Assembly (NCBI GenBank): GCA_051382335.1
Contig: JBBCAX010000094.1
Coordinates: 910-64,909 of the forward strand
Reading direction: 5' to 3'
Source: Deltaproteobacteria bacterium TL4
GTDB taxonomy: Bacteria; SAR324; NAC60-12
DNA length: 64,000 bases
The position numbers and the translations under genes were made by a program. The notes beneath the pieces are model-generated. The model was not told where the DNA came from. It worked only from the letters and a program-made list of their open reading frames with translations, and made no database searches. Shown piece by piece: positions 1-8,673 of this stretch. Each line of letters begins with the position of its first letter. Position 1 is the first letter of the stretch.

Positions 1-1755
1 GACGGCCCTTTTATCATGTCCGTAAAATGCCAGAATGGAAAGAAGTTGCTCACAGTGGTATTGCAGGGATGCCAGTTTCGTAAAAGTGCGTTTTTGCTTC
101 ACTGGGGGTGAAAATACAGCGTCCAAATGTTTGCTAAGGACATACCACAAGGTGTATTCAAAAAGACTGACGTATCCATCGGCGTCAATCAAAACCTGGA
201 GCTGAACTTTAAATTCCTGATATTGCGCTTCGGACATGTGACGTAAAGTAGGCAAGGCCATATCGATGTAAGGAATCCGGTGTTCTGGCTGGATCTGTTC
301 GAGTTCCGGTAATAATTTTTGGAATTCCGCCAGAACCCGAGAATCGTTCAATTCTTGAAGATCTTCGATTTGACGTTGTCTGATTTGTGCGTCTTGATTG
401 ATCAATAGCAAATACATCAAGGCTTGAGCACTGGATAAAGTATAGACACTTTCTTTTAATAAAGGGGGAAGCTCTTTCAGCAAGGAGTTAATGAAGGAAA
501 GATGGACGGGCGAGGGCTTTCCTACGGACTCAAGCACACCTTCAGTTTGGAAAGAGGAAAGGGGCCGATCTTCCTGAAAACCGGAGATTACTTCCACCAA
601 TCCCCTTGGCACAGGCGCCGCGGTAACTTTAGCGGAAAGGGACTCGGGGTCTTCCTTTTGAGGAATAAACCCTATTCTTAGGATACGTTCTTCCAAAGAA
701 GGGTGAGTCGCCGTTAGTTTGAACCAGCTTTTCCGTAACACATTAGCATAAAACAGGTGACTGGCTTCCAAGGAATAAACGGCATTTAACCGGGATCCTT
801 TGTTCATGATTTTTTGCAGCGCCCCGGCGATACTTGAAGGATTGCGGGTAAATTGTACCGCAGACGCATCCGCCAGGAATTCACGTTGTCTGGAAACACC
901 GCTTTTAATGAGATTCGCAAAGAAAACCCCAATCCATCCTATCGCCATCAAGGCCAGGCCCGGAATGGCAATCAACGCCCCAAAAGAGCTACCTCGATGG
1001 GAAGATTGAGTGCCCATAATCGTGTAACCTTTTTCCTTGGGAGTAAAACGGTCTTTACCCCCCATGAGCAGGTAACCGGCCTCAACCAGGCCTTTCCCCG
1101 TCAGATAGATCCACAAGAGACCATTCAAGAGGCCTATTAAATAAAAATTAATACGCATATCTCCATTGAAAATATGGCTAAATTCATGGGCAATCACTCC
1201 CTGCAATTCATCACGGTCTAACTTCATCAGCGTCCCTAACGTAACGCCAATGACCGCCAAATTTGCTTTTTTTCCCGCGGCAAAAGCATTAATGGGTTGA
1301 ATTTCCTTGTATAAAATGTAGACATCGGGGACGGGCACGCCTGAGGCAATAGCCATTTCCTCAACAATATTCAACAGCTTTTTTTCCATGGATTTTACGG
1401 TATCCACCGGCACCAAGGTTCCCTCCAAGGCTTTTGCGATGGCGTGACCTCCCAACGATAATTCTTTAAATTTGGACAGGGTTCCCATAATTATCAATAA
1501 AAGGATGACCAGCACACTCCCCAGGAACACAAGCGGTTCTTCGAGGATCTGAGTGTAAACGTTATTCAAATCATAAAGATCCAGATTGATCACAAGGTGC
1601 GTCTGTTGTGTTTCAATGAGGGGCTGTAGATACTGTGCGGAAATCCAGACGACCAAACTTGCGATAACCGTAACCAGTGTCACGGCCAGACAATATATCA
1701 GTAGAAGCAGCCAGGTTTTGTTTCGGGCATGATCCTGATGTTCAAAAAAATCCAT
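1..1755 (-). CDS. M48-family zinc metallopeptidase (HtpX/Ste24-like), 5' part only; the C-terminus runs off the window start
   Basis: Minus-strand ATG at 1755..1753. Hand translation gives N-terminal TM helices, then ...GVIAHEFSHIFNGDMRIN (HExxH), and further on REFLADASAVQFTRNP and THPSLEERI, which are typical M48 motifs. Sits directly upstream of lemA, a common pairing. The ORF track omits it because no stop falls inside the window. Confidence 0.75.
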   Translation of the reverse strand, partial: MDFFEHQDHARNKTWLLLLIYCLAVTLVTVIASLVVWISAQYLQPLIETQQTHLVINLDLYDLNNVYTQILEEPLVFLGSVLVILLLIIMGTLSKFKELSLGGHAIAKALEGTLVPVDTVKSMEKKLLNIVEEMAIASGVPVPDVYILYKEIQPINAFAAGKKANLAVIGVTLGTLMKLDRDELQGVIAHEFSHIFNGDMRINFYLIGLLNGLLWIYLTGKGLVEAGYLLMGGKDRFTPKEKGYTIMGTQSSHRGSSFGALIAIPGLALMAIGWIGVFFANLIKSGVSRQREFLADASAVQFTRNPSSIAGALQKIMNKGSRLNAVYSLEASHLFYANVLRKSWFKLTATHPSLEERILRIGFIPQKEDPESLSAKVTAAPVPRGLVEVISGFQEDRPLSSFQTEGVLESVGKPSPVHLSFINSLLKELPPLLKESVYTLSSAQALMYLLLINQDAQIRQRQIEDLQELNDSRVLAEFQKLLPELEQIQPEHRIPYIDMALPTLRHMSEAQYQEFKVQLQVLIDADGYVSLFEYTLWYVLSKHLDAVFSPPVKQKRTFTKLASLQYHCEQLLSILAFYGHDKRAV

Positions 1756-1778
1756 GGTTTTCCTGAAAAAGGACTTGC

Positions 1779-2369
1779 TTAAAATTCAACGCTGGGAACT
1801 TCACGTTCACGTTCATTTTGAATGACAACCAGCAATTCGGCTGCCTCAAAATGAAACATCGTCGCAATCAAATTGGCGGGAAAACTTTCTCGCGCGGTGT
1901 TATAAATCGTGACCATATCGTTATAACCCTGACGCGAATACGCTACTTTATTTTCTGTGGAAGTTAACGCTTCCATGAGATTGGTGACTTGTTTGTCAGC
2001 TTTTAATTCGGGATAGGATTCTGAAAGCATCATCAACCTTCCCAAGGCACTGCCCAATACATTTTCAGCCTGGGACAGGGAGCGGATGCTTTCAGGAGCC
2101 CCGGGTTGAAGCGCCGCGTTTTCACACTCAGCATAAGCTTGATTGCGAGCCTTAATTACCGCTTCCAACGTTGTCTGTTCATGCTTCATGTAGCCTTTGA
2201 CCGAATTCACCAGGTTGGGAATTAAATCATATCGACGTTTGAGTTGAACATCGATTTGAGAAAAGGCGTTTTTGTATCGGTTTCGGTATTTTACCAGTCT
2301 ATTATAGACAGCAACTGCTAAAAGAAACAAAATAGCAATGGCTGACAAAAGAAGCATCATCGTATTCAT
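1779..2369 (-). CDS. lemA: LemA family protein
   Basis: 196 aa with one N-terminal TM. LemA-like YNRLVKYRNRYKNAFSQIDVQLKRRYDLIPNLV region. Adjacent to the M48 peptidase gene. Confidence 0.8.
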   Translation of the reverse strand: MNTMMLLLSAIAILFLLAVAVYNRLVKYRNRYKNAFSQIDVQLKRRYDLIPNLVNSVKGYMKHEQTTLEAVIKARNQAYAECENAALQPGAPESIRSLSQAENVLGSALGRLMMLSESYPELKADKQVTNLMEALTSTENKVAYSRQGYNDMVTIYNTARESFPANLIATMFHFEAAELLVVIQNEREREVPSVEF

Positions 2370-2581
2370 AGTGTAGCAATTCAGAGTTTAGATTTAAATT
2401 TAAAAAAATTTGATTTGTCCCTCTGGGACTTGAAATCAGGGTGCATGATTACCCAGCGATCAATCGCTGGGCTAAAAGCTGAAACCCCTATCGGGGTAAG
2501 GGCGTTCCCCAATTGCTGTATGCGCCCCTTTCAGAGGCATTGCAAAATAGTGAGCTTAAGAAAAGGGGTGTGTTTTGATTT

Positions 2582-3832
2582 TTATATCATCTCTATGGCC
2601 GTTGCCATGGAGACACCTCCGCCTCCGCAGAGTGTTGCGAGTCCAAGGCTTTTGCCCTGTTTTTTCAAGGCATGGATCAAGGTTACAATTAACCTTGCAC
2701 CGGTGGCTCCCACAGGATGCCCAATTCCGATTCCCGAACCATTAATATTGGTTATTTCCCTGTTTAAACCAAGCTCTTTTTCACAACCGAGATATTGGGC
2801 GGCAAAGGCCTCATTGATTTCAATGAGCTCAAAGTCTTCCAGTTTCATGTTGTTCTTTACAAGAAGATTCTTGACAGCCGGTACGGGAGATAATCCCATT
2901 ATTGCGGGATGACATCCGCCCCTTCCCACTGCTTTTATTTTTGCGATAGGGGTTAAATTCAATTCTTTCGCTTTTTCAGCAGTCATTATAATAAGAGCGG
3001 CTGAACCATCATTGATACCACTGGCATTACCGGCTGTCACTGTTCCGCCTTCTGGAAGAAACGCGGGCTTTAATTTAGCCAGTTGAGCCATTGTAAGACC
3101 TGGCCTGAAATGTTCATCTTTATCAAAAATAAGTGGCGGTTTATTTCTTTGCGGAATTTCAATGGGAACGATCTCCGCTTTAAATGAACCGTCATTTGTA
3201 GCTCTCTCAACATTGTTATGGCTTCTTAAAGCAACTTCGTCCATTTCTTCCCTGGAAATATTAAGCTTATTAGCGACAAACTCCGCGGTCATTCCCATGA
3301 TATATTTTTTACCGATAAAAGGGCTTATTGAAGGATGATTGATGTTAATAGGAGCACTTTCATCAAGCGGCAGAAATACAGAACCCGCGTGAAGAGCATG
3401 CATCATGGAATCCTCAAAAACATGGTCTTGAAGACGGCAGCCCCATCTGGCTCCAGGAACTGTATAGGGGACACTGGACATATGCTCAACACCACCTGCC
3501 AGGATCACATCTGCCATTCCTGCTAAAATCATGGCCATTCCGGAAATAACGGCTTCCATCCCTGAGATACAGACTCTGTTAATGGTTACAGCCGTAACAT
3601 GCTCAGGAATTCCGGCCATTAAAGCGGCTACTCTGGTTACATTCAAAGCATCCGATGGTTCCAGGCAACTTCCGTAACGAACATCATCTATAATTCCAGG
3701 ATCAATCCCTGCTCTTTTTATAGCTTCTTTCATAGTAATGCTTGCAAGATAGGGCGCGTTACTATCTTTTAAAGATCCGCCGAATTCGCCTATTGCGGTT
3801 CTACATGCTGAAACGATAACAACTTCTTTCAT
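2582..3832 (-). CDS. Acetyl-CoA C-acetyltransferase (thiolase)
   Basis: 416 aa. Begins MKEVVIVSACRTAIGEFGGSLKD and ends with the thiolase signature GGGVSMATAIE. Confidence 0.85.
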   Translation of the reverse strand: MKEVVIVSACRTAIGEFGGSLKDSNAPYLASITMKEAIKRAGIDPGIIDDVRYGSCLEPSDALNVTRVAALMAGIPEHVTAVTINRVCISGMEAVISGMAMILAGMADVILAGGVEHMSSVPYTVPGARWGCRLQDHVFEDSMMHALHAGSVFLPLDESAPININHPSISPFIGKKYIMGMTAEFVANKLNISREEMDEVALRSHNNVERATNDGSFKAEIVPIEIPQRNKPPLIFDKDEHFRPGLTMAQLAKLKPAFLPEGGTVTAGNASGINDGSAALIIMTAEKAKELNLTPIAKIKAVGRGGCHPAIMGLSPVPAVKNLLVKNNMKLEDFELIEINEAFAAQYLGCEKELGLNREITNINGSGIGIGHPVGATGARLIVTLIHALKKQGKSLGLATLCGGGGVSMATAIEMI

Positions 3833-3887
3833 TTATTTTCCTTTCAAAAATGACTAACTACACTCCTAGAACGTAGTTTGAAAAAAT

Positions 3888-3905
3888 CCCCAAAAAGGGG
3901 TTTTG
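3888..3905. terminator. Short GC hairpin (CCCCaaaaaGGGG) flanked by T/A runs; possible bidirectional terminator
   Basis: Palindrome read in the sequence. Lies just upstream of the thiolase 5' end, so its function is ambiguous. Confidence 0.25.
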
Positions 3906-4179
3906 GTATTAATTCCAATACGTCAGAACAAATACAAATTAGGATTATTCATTGATTTTATTTTCTGATTTTATAATAATTCAGGATACTATCGTCACCA
4001 GAAAAAATCTCCAGACGAAAATGGTTATTTGTGAAGTCTCATTTTTCCAACTATCTTTGCGCACTTGATACCAATGAGGACTTGCTGTAAATTTTCGAGG
4101 TGTTGATGAAGGTTAGAACAGTGCTATCATGTGGACGAACCAGTCCCTAGTACATAGTCAGCTTTTATTTTTCGGGTTC

Positions 4180-4248
4180 GGTAGGCTGGGATTACATGCC
4201 CAGCTTTTGCGAACGTTGTTTTTATCGGGCACGTAGTCCCGATCTACC
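4180..4248. repeat. F-family structured repeat, copy F1: outer 5 bp stem (GGTAG/CTACC) enclosing two 6 bp hairpins (GCTGGG/CCCAGC and ATCGGG/CCCGAT)
   Basis: Same architecture as the element at 51457-51524. The two copies share stems but differ in loops and in compensatory stem positions. Confidence 0.5.
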
Positions 4249-4272
4249 ACAAATTTAAAGGCTGACAGTGTA

Positions 4273-4460
4273 CTATAGACGTTCATTTAAATAATTTCAT
4301 TGGAATTACTGTGGAGTACCAAAGCTTGCTTTGGCAAAATTCAAAGAAAAGCTTTGGCTTTTCTGGTAAAAGCAAGCTTTGACACTCCTAATCATGAGTC
4401 GATTAAATGGGTCATCCAAAATATTATACATGCTGAATTTATTTAAATGCATGTCTATAG
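4273..4460. mobile_element. A-family MITE-like element, copy A1, 188 bp: about 25 bp terminal inverted repeats (CTATAGACGTTCATTTAAATAATTTCA / rc CTATAGACATGCATTTAAATAAATTCA) and an internal long hairpin (GGAGTACCAAAGCTTGCTTTGG...CCAAAGCAAGCTTTGACACTCC)
   Basis: TIRs and internal palindrome read directly. Related copies at 55758-55949 and 58241-58316. No ORF inside. Confidence 0.6.
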
Positions 4461-4507
4461 GTGGCTGTCCGAGAATGTGATGTAGGGTGCGCTTAAGCGG
4501 ACCCTAC
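4461..4507. repeat. B-family element, short copy B1: leader GGTGGCTGTCCGAGAA followed by hairpin GTAGGGTGCGCTTAAGCGGACCCTAC
   Basis: The 40 bp ggtggYtgtccgagaa..gtagggtgcgcttaagcg is shared with 58119-58158. Directly abuts the right TIR of A1. Confidence 0.5.
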
Positions 4508-4636
4508 TTAGTATCTGCTGAATTTCTCTCAGAAAGCATTTTTTTGTATCCTCTCCAAATCTCAGGGCAGGATCTGAATTTCCCTGAATTTAGACATACT
4601 TCCCCACTCGATCCCCCAGCGAATAAGTGTAATAAG

Positions 4637-5784
4637 CTATTGTTGAAAAATTTGGATTTGATTAAGAGAAGTGTTCAGGAATGAGAAAGGTGCTGGTAAG
4701 AAATTACCAACTCCTTGCTTCATGCTTTTCAGGATATTAAGAGGGAGTTTTTTAACGCCAAGGAAGAACGAAGCTATGGTTTGTCGCTCATTAAGTGGGT
4801 TGATCTTGAGGGGCTGTGAAGCCTCTAAGCCTTTAGAGTCCCTTTCATTTTGGGTTTGATCTACCTCCGCTGTGATGAAAGCTTTTGCTGTAATCAATTG
4901 GGCTAAGGGCCTCATTTGATAACTCCCACTGACCCGCTCATAGAGATAACTAAATCGGGAAACTCCCAGCTTCTTGGCCGTTTCAGTGAACGTCATGAAA
5001 TCATCATTGGCCCGGGTTCCCTTAAGATTGATGGTATGGAGGCTGACATCACGTCGTCTTACCGCCGAACGAGCTCCTAATTCAGCGGAATTATTGTGTA
5101 ACGGGATTTGAGGGTGCTTCAATACCTGTAAAAGCGCTTCAACTCTAGAGTGCGTTTTAGCGATTCTTTGATCTAACTCATGATAGCCTGTTTGAATGGA
5201 AAACAGTTCCTCAAATCGCTCTTGTAGTTGCTGAGCGAGAACTTCAGTCGGTGCTTTTTGGAACTCACGTAACTGGTGGTAATACTTCCAAAAATCCTCA
5301 AACATTGATTTCAGCCATTCTTGAGAGACTGGAAGATAAACCTGCTTGGAAACTAGCTATTTTTTCCTCATGCGCCCAATTCTGATTGAGCAAGAGACGA
5401 GAAAGGGTCCCTGCTGAAATTTGAACGCCATGATCCTCCATGAATTCTAAAATTTCAGGTTCGGACATGACGCGAATGTGTTTCAAACCCAAAACTAATG
5501 ACTTGAGGTGAGGCCCGAACTCGCCTTCGGATCCCGTGGGAAGAGAGGCCATAAAACTTTTGTTTAATGAGGGGGAGTAGTAAATTTCCTTCTTAAACCT
5601 GATCGTTTCCACGATCACTTTCATGTCTTGGACAATGACGATTTCATAACCTTTAAATACGACATCTTCAGGAAGTTTAGACTGATCAATTTTACATTTT
5701 TCAGTACGAGGAATCCTTAGTCCTGGTTTCTTGAATTTCTTCCTTTAGTGCTTCGAGAACACTTCTTATCTCTGATGTTTTCAT
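4637..5784 (-). mobile_element. IS66-family transposase remnant, pseudogenised by at least two frameshifts into three pieces
   Basis: Piece 1: 5784..5701 has a good RBS plus MKTSEIRSVLEALKEEIQETRTKDSSY, a leucine-zipper-like IS66 N-terminus. Piece 2: the 5624..5298 ORF has an IS66-like ...GVQISAGTLSRLL... block. Piece 3: the 5305..4637 ORF carries the IS66 hallmark ...PLHNNSAELGARSAVRRRDVSLHTINLKGTRAND.... I could not recognise terminal IRs. Confidence 0.55.
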
Positions 5785-5881
5785 GAAAAAAAGACTACCT
5801 CCTTTGCGATAACATCAACAAAACATAAAAATTATTCGACGAATAAATTCGGGTTACCCTGATATTTGGAGAGGATACGTT

Positions 5882-5949
5882 AAATTGGATGGACAATTGA
5901 GACACATACGTCAGCCCTGATGCATGTGTCTCAATTGTCCATCCAATTT
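5882..5949. repeat. Perfect 26 bp stem / 16 nt loop hairpin (AAATTGGATGGACAATTGAGACACAT...ATGTGTCTCAATTGTCCATCCAATTT)
   Basis: Read directly. Lies about 100 bp beyond the 5' end of the IS66 remnant. Unique within the window. Confidence 0.5.
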
Positions 5950-6112
5950 AACCTTGTCATAACTGTGTGGTTTTGCTAGATCCCCACTTAAGGTGTGGCA
6001 GTTTATTCTGTGTCAGGATTTCCTTGCTGCGGCAAGTGGTTGACGGGTCTCTGTAAACTGTAAATTGAACGGTGTCTCCTGACATAAATTAAAAATTACT
6101 GAGGTCGTCGTT

Positions 6113-6847
6113 ATGAAAACAATTGCATTGATGGTACTCCTTTTAAGTGTTGGTTCCACGCTCATATTCGCGGAAATACCTCAGAAGTTGGTACTGAATA
6201 CTTCCTATTACGCTCCGATCACCTCCCCTGACCATACCGGTGTGCTGGATATTCTTTACCAGGAATTGTCAAAACGCATGGGTATTGCCATTGAGATTCA
6301 GTATTTACCTGCGGAACGGGCCTTGAAAAACGCTAATAGTGGATTGGATGATGGGGACGTCTGCCGAATACTCCAGCTCAATGCCACCGGAAATTATCCT
6401 GACTTGATCAGGGTGCCTGAACAAATCATGCAGTTTCAGATGATGGTTTTTACGCTAGATCAAAAAATGGAGGTTACCAAACCGGAAGATTTGAAGCCTT
6501 ATGATGTGGGCATTGTGACGGGTTGGAAAATTTTGGAGCGAAACACCACACAGGCAAGGTCTGCGATCCAAGTGGAAGAAGGTGCGCAACTGTTCACCCT
6601 CCTGGAAAAAAAACGTATCAATCTTGCGATTATCGAAAGAATGATAGGCCTCAAGCTCCTCAAAGACTCCGGATTAAAGGATGTGGTCATTCTGAAAACG
6701 CCGTTCCTTCAGGGAGATTGGTATCTTTATCTTCATAAAAAACACCAGGCCCTTGTGCCCATGATTGTCGAAAAAGTTCAGGAAATGAAAAAAGACGGCA
6801 CCTACCAAAAGATTTTTTCGGAGGTCCTCCAACGCTACGCTATCTAA
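6113..6847 (+). CDS. Periplasmic solute-binding protein (SBP_bac_3-like) with signal peptide; probable sensing partner of the downstream kinases
   Basis: 244 aa with signal peptide MKTIALMVLLLSVGSTLIFA. Alpha/beta SBP-like composition. The stop lies 15 bp before the histidine kinase start. Confidence 0.55.
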   Translation: MKTIALMVLLLSVGSTLIFAEIPQKLVLNTSYYAPITSPDHTGVLDILYQELSKRMGIAIEIQYLPAERALKNANSGLDDGDVCRILQLNATGNYPDLIRVPEQIMQFQMMVFTLDQKMEVTKPEDLKPYDVGIVTGWKILERNTTQARSAIQVEEGAQLFTLLEKKRINLAIIERMIGLKLLKDSGLKDVVILKTPFLQGDWYLYLHKKHQALVPMIVEKVQEMKKDGTYQKIFSEVLQRYAI

Positions 6848-6861
6848 TCAGGGAATCGTGC

Positions 6862-8673
6862 ATGCAATTGCTGACTTCATTTTCCAGATTGAGCCTTAAA
6901 AAAGGGATAGGACATCGTTTTGCGATTGATATCCTCTTGTTCAGTTCGGTGGTGACACTCGTGGGGACGCTGTTACAACTGGGGTTGGATTATGTTCGGG
7001 ATGTGGACTTGATTGAAACCAGGATTGAACAGGTTCACAGTAGTTATTTGCCCAGTCTTTCCAATGGCTTATGGGTCAATGATATCAAAAGCCTCCGCCT
7101 TCAGCTTGAAGGCATTTACCAACTTCCAGACATGCAGTACCTGGAAATCAGGTCAGAGGAAAATAAAGTGTTGGCGGTGGTGGGTTCCCCTCAAAATAAA
7201 CATACTCTTCAACATTTCTTCCCCTTGAAATATAGTTACCGGGGAAGTCCGGTTTATTTGGGGCAACTCCTGGTTGTCGCCACACTCGACGGTGTTTATC
7301 AGCGGCTTATAGAAAAAGTATTTACCATCCTGGCTACGCAAACCATCAAAACTTTTCTGGTTTCGTTATTCATTATCTTTTTGTATCAGTTATTGGTAGG
7401 CCGATATTTAAAAGAAATTTCAGACTACGCGGAAGAAGTCCAGACTGGCCAATGGGAACATCCATTAATCCTCGCTCGAAAACCGTCCAAAAATCCCCAA
7501 GCGGATGAGTTGACTCAATTAGTCGCTGCGTTTAATGATCTGCGGTTACGTGCCATGCAATCGAACGCGTTATTTATCAAGGAAAAACAACTGGCTGTAG
7601 CCGCTAACGAAGCCAAGTCCTTGTTTGTTGCCAATATTTCACACGAAACGCGAACACCCTTGAATGTTATTTTGGGGCATGTGCAGAACCTGAATAACGA
7701 TCAGACGATGAAACAACAACACCGCCGTGCCCTGAAAGCTATGCTCCAAGCAGGTTCCCAGTTGATGGAAATTCTCAATGACATCCTCAATATTTCCAAA
7801 ATCGAATCGGGAACCCTCAAATTGCATCCAGTCTCCTTTCGTTTGTTGACCTTGGTCCAGAGCGTTGCCTCTATCTTTGAAACCACATGCCGAGATAAAA
7901 ATCTCCAATGGAAACTACACACTAATTTTGATCCCCAGTTGAGGGTGTTCGGAGATCAGCAGAAACTGCGTCAGATACTGACCAATTTTTTAGGAAATGC
8001 TGTGAAATTTACCGATTTTGGAAGTGTGACTTTAAAGGTTGAAGCCGAAGCTCAGAATTGGTATCGATTTGTGGTACAAGATACCGGTCCCGGTATTGCT
8101 GAAGCGGAACAAAAACATATTTTTGATTCTTTTTATCAGACCAAGGCCGGTTATCAAAAAGGCGGAACCGGTTTGGGACTGTCCATCGCCAGAAAGCTGA
8201 CTCAATTGATGGGGGGAAAACTGGCTCTAACATCGAAACAGGGTGAAGGTTGTTTGATTGAAGTCAAAGTCCCCTTGTCACAAACGGAGACAAACACTAA
8301 CAGGGAATCTCTCCGTTCAACGGAGTTGTTCCCCTCCCTTGACACTTTTGAGCATGAGGTTGTGGAGACTTCGAACGCTTTAAACCTTGAAAAAGAATCG
8401 GGTAAATCCAGCACCAAAGCGGAGGGTGAACCGTTTGACCCCTCTCAGGTGGAACAGCTTTTGAAAGAGACGATCTTTCTGCTTCACAACAATCGATTCC
8501 GTGCATGGGATGTGCTGGAGTCTTTGCTTTCTCTCCTTCCCTATCCCAAATTCAGGCAGGAAAAATCCGATCTTAACAAAGCCTTGTCCCGACTGGATTC
8601 TGAAGGGAGCCTATTAACTTTAATGAAACTGTGTGAGCAGTTGAATATTTTTCTTGATGACGGGATAAAATGA
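6862..8673 (+). CDS. Membrane sensor histidine kinase (2 TM with periplasmic loop, HisKA, HATPase_c, extra C-terminal domain)
   Basis: H-box FVANISHETRTPLNVILG; N-box NFLGNAVKFT; G-boxes DTGPGI and GTGLGLSI. Two hydrophobic segments flank a roughly 130 aa periplasmic region. Confidence 0.85.
   Translation: MQLLTSFSRLSLKKGIGHRFAIDILLFSSVVTLVGTLLQLGLDYVRDVDLIETRIEQVHSSYLPSLSNGLWVNDIKSLRLQLEGIYQLPDMQYLEIRSEENKVLAVVGSPQNKHTLQHFFPLKYSYRGSPVYLGQLLVVATLDGVYQRLIEKVFTILATQTIKTFLVSLFIIFLYQLLVGRYLKEISDYAEEVQTGQWEHPLILARKPSKNPQADELTQLVAAFNDLRLRAMQSNALFIKEKQLAVAANEAKSLFVANISHETRTPLNVILGHVQNLNNDQTMKQQHRRALKAMLQAGSQLMEILNDILNISKIESGTLKLHPVSFRLLTLVQSVASIFETTCRDKNLQWKLHTNFDPQLRVFGDQQKLRQILTNFLGNAVKFTDFGSVTLKVEAEAQNWYRFVVQDTGPGIAEAEQKHIFDSFYQTKAGYQKGGTGLGLSIARKLTQLMGGKLALTSKQGEGCLIEVKVPLSQTETNTNRESLRSTELFPSLDTFEHEVVETSNALNLEKESGKSSTKAEGEPFDPSQVEQLLKETIFLLHNNRFRAWDVLESLLSLLPYPKFRQEKSDLNKALSRLDSEGSLLTLMKLCEQLNIFLDDGIK

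Noticed and set aside
800-1140. Two overlapping plus-strand ORFs (69 and 95 aa)
   Set aside because: Antisense to the M48 peptidase coding region, whose translation is continuous and motif-rich on the minus strand.
2415-2912. 165 aa ORF on the plus strand
   Set aside because: Entirely antisense to the well-supported thiolase gene. No RBS or domain. A typical shadow ORF.
4482-4507. Idea that B-family arms (GCGCTTAAGCG) derive from IS66 terminal repeats (GTAAGCG...)
   Set aside because: Only a 7-8 nt resemblance, and the element ends do not start with the IS66 terminal motif. Kept as unsupported speculation.
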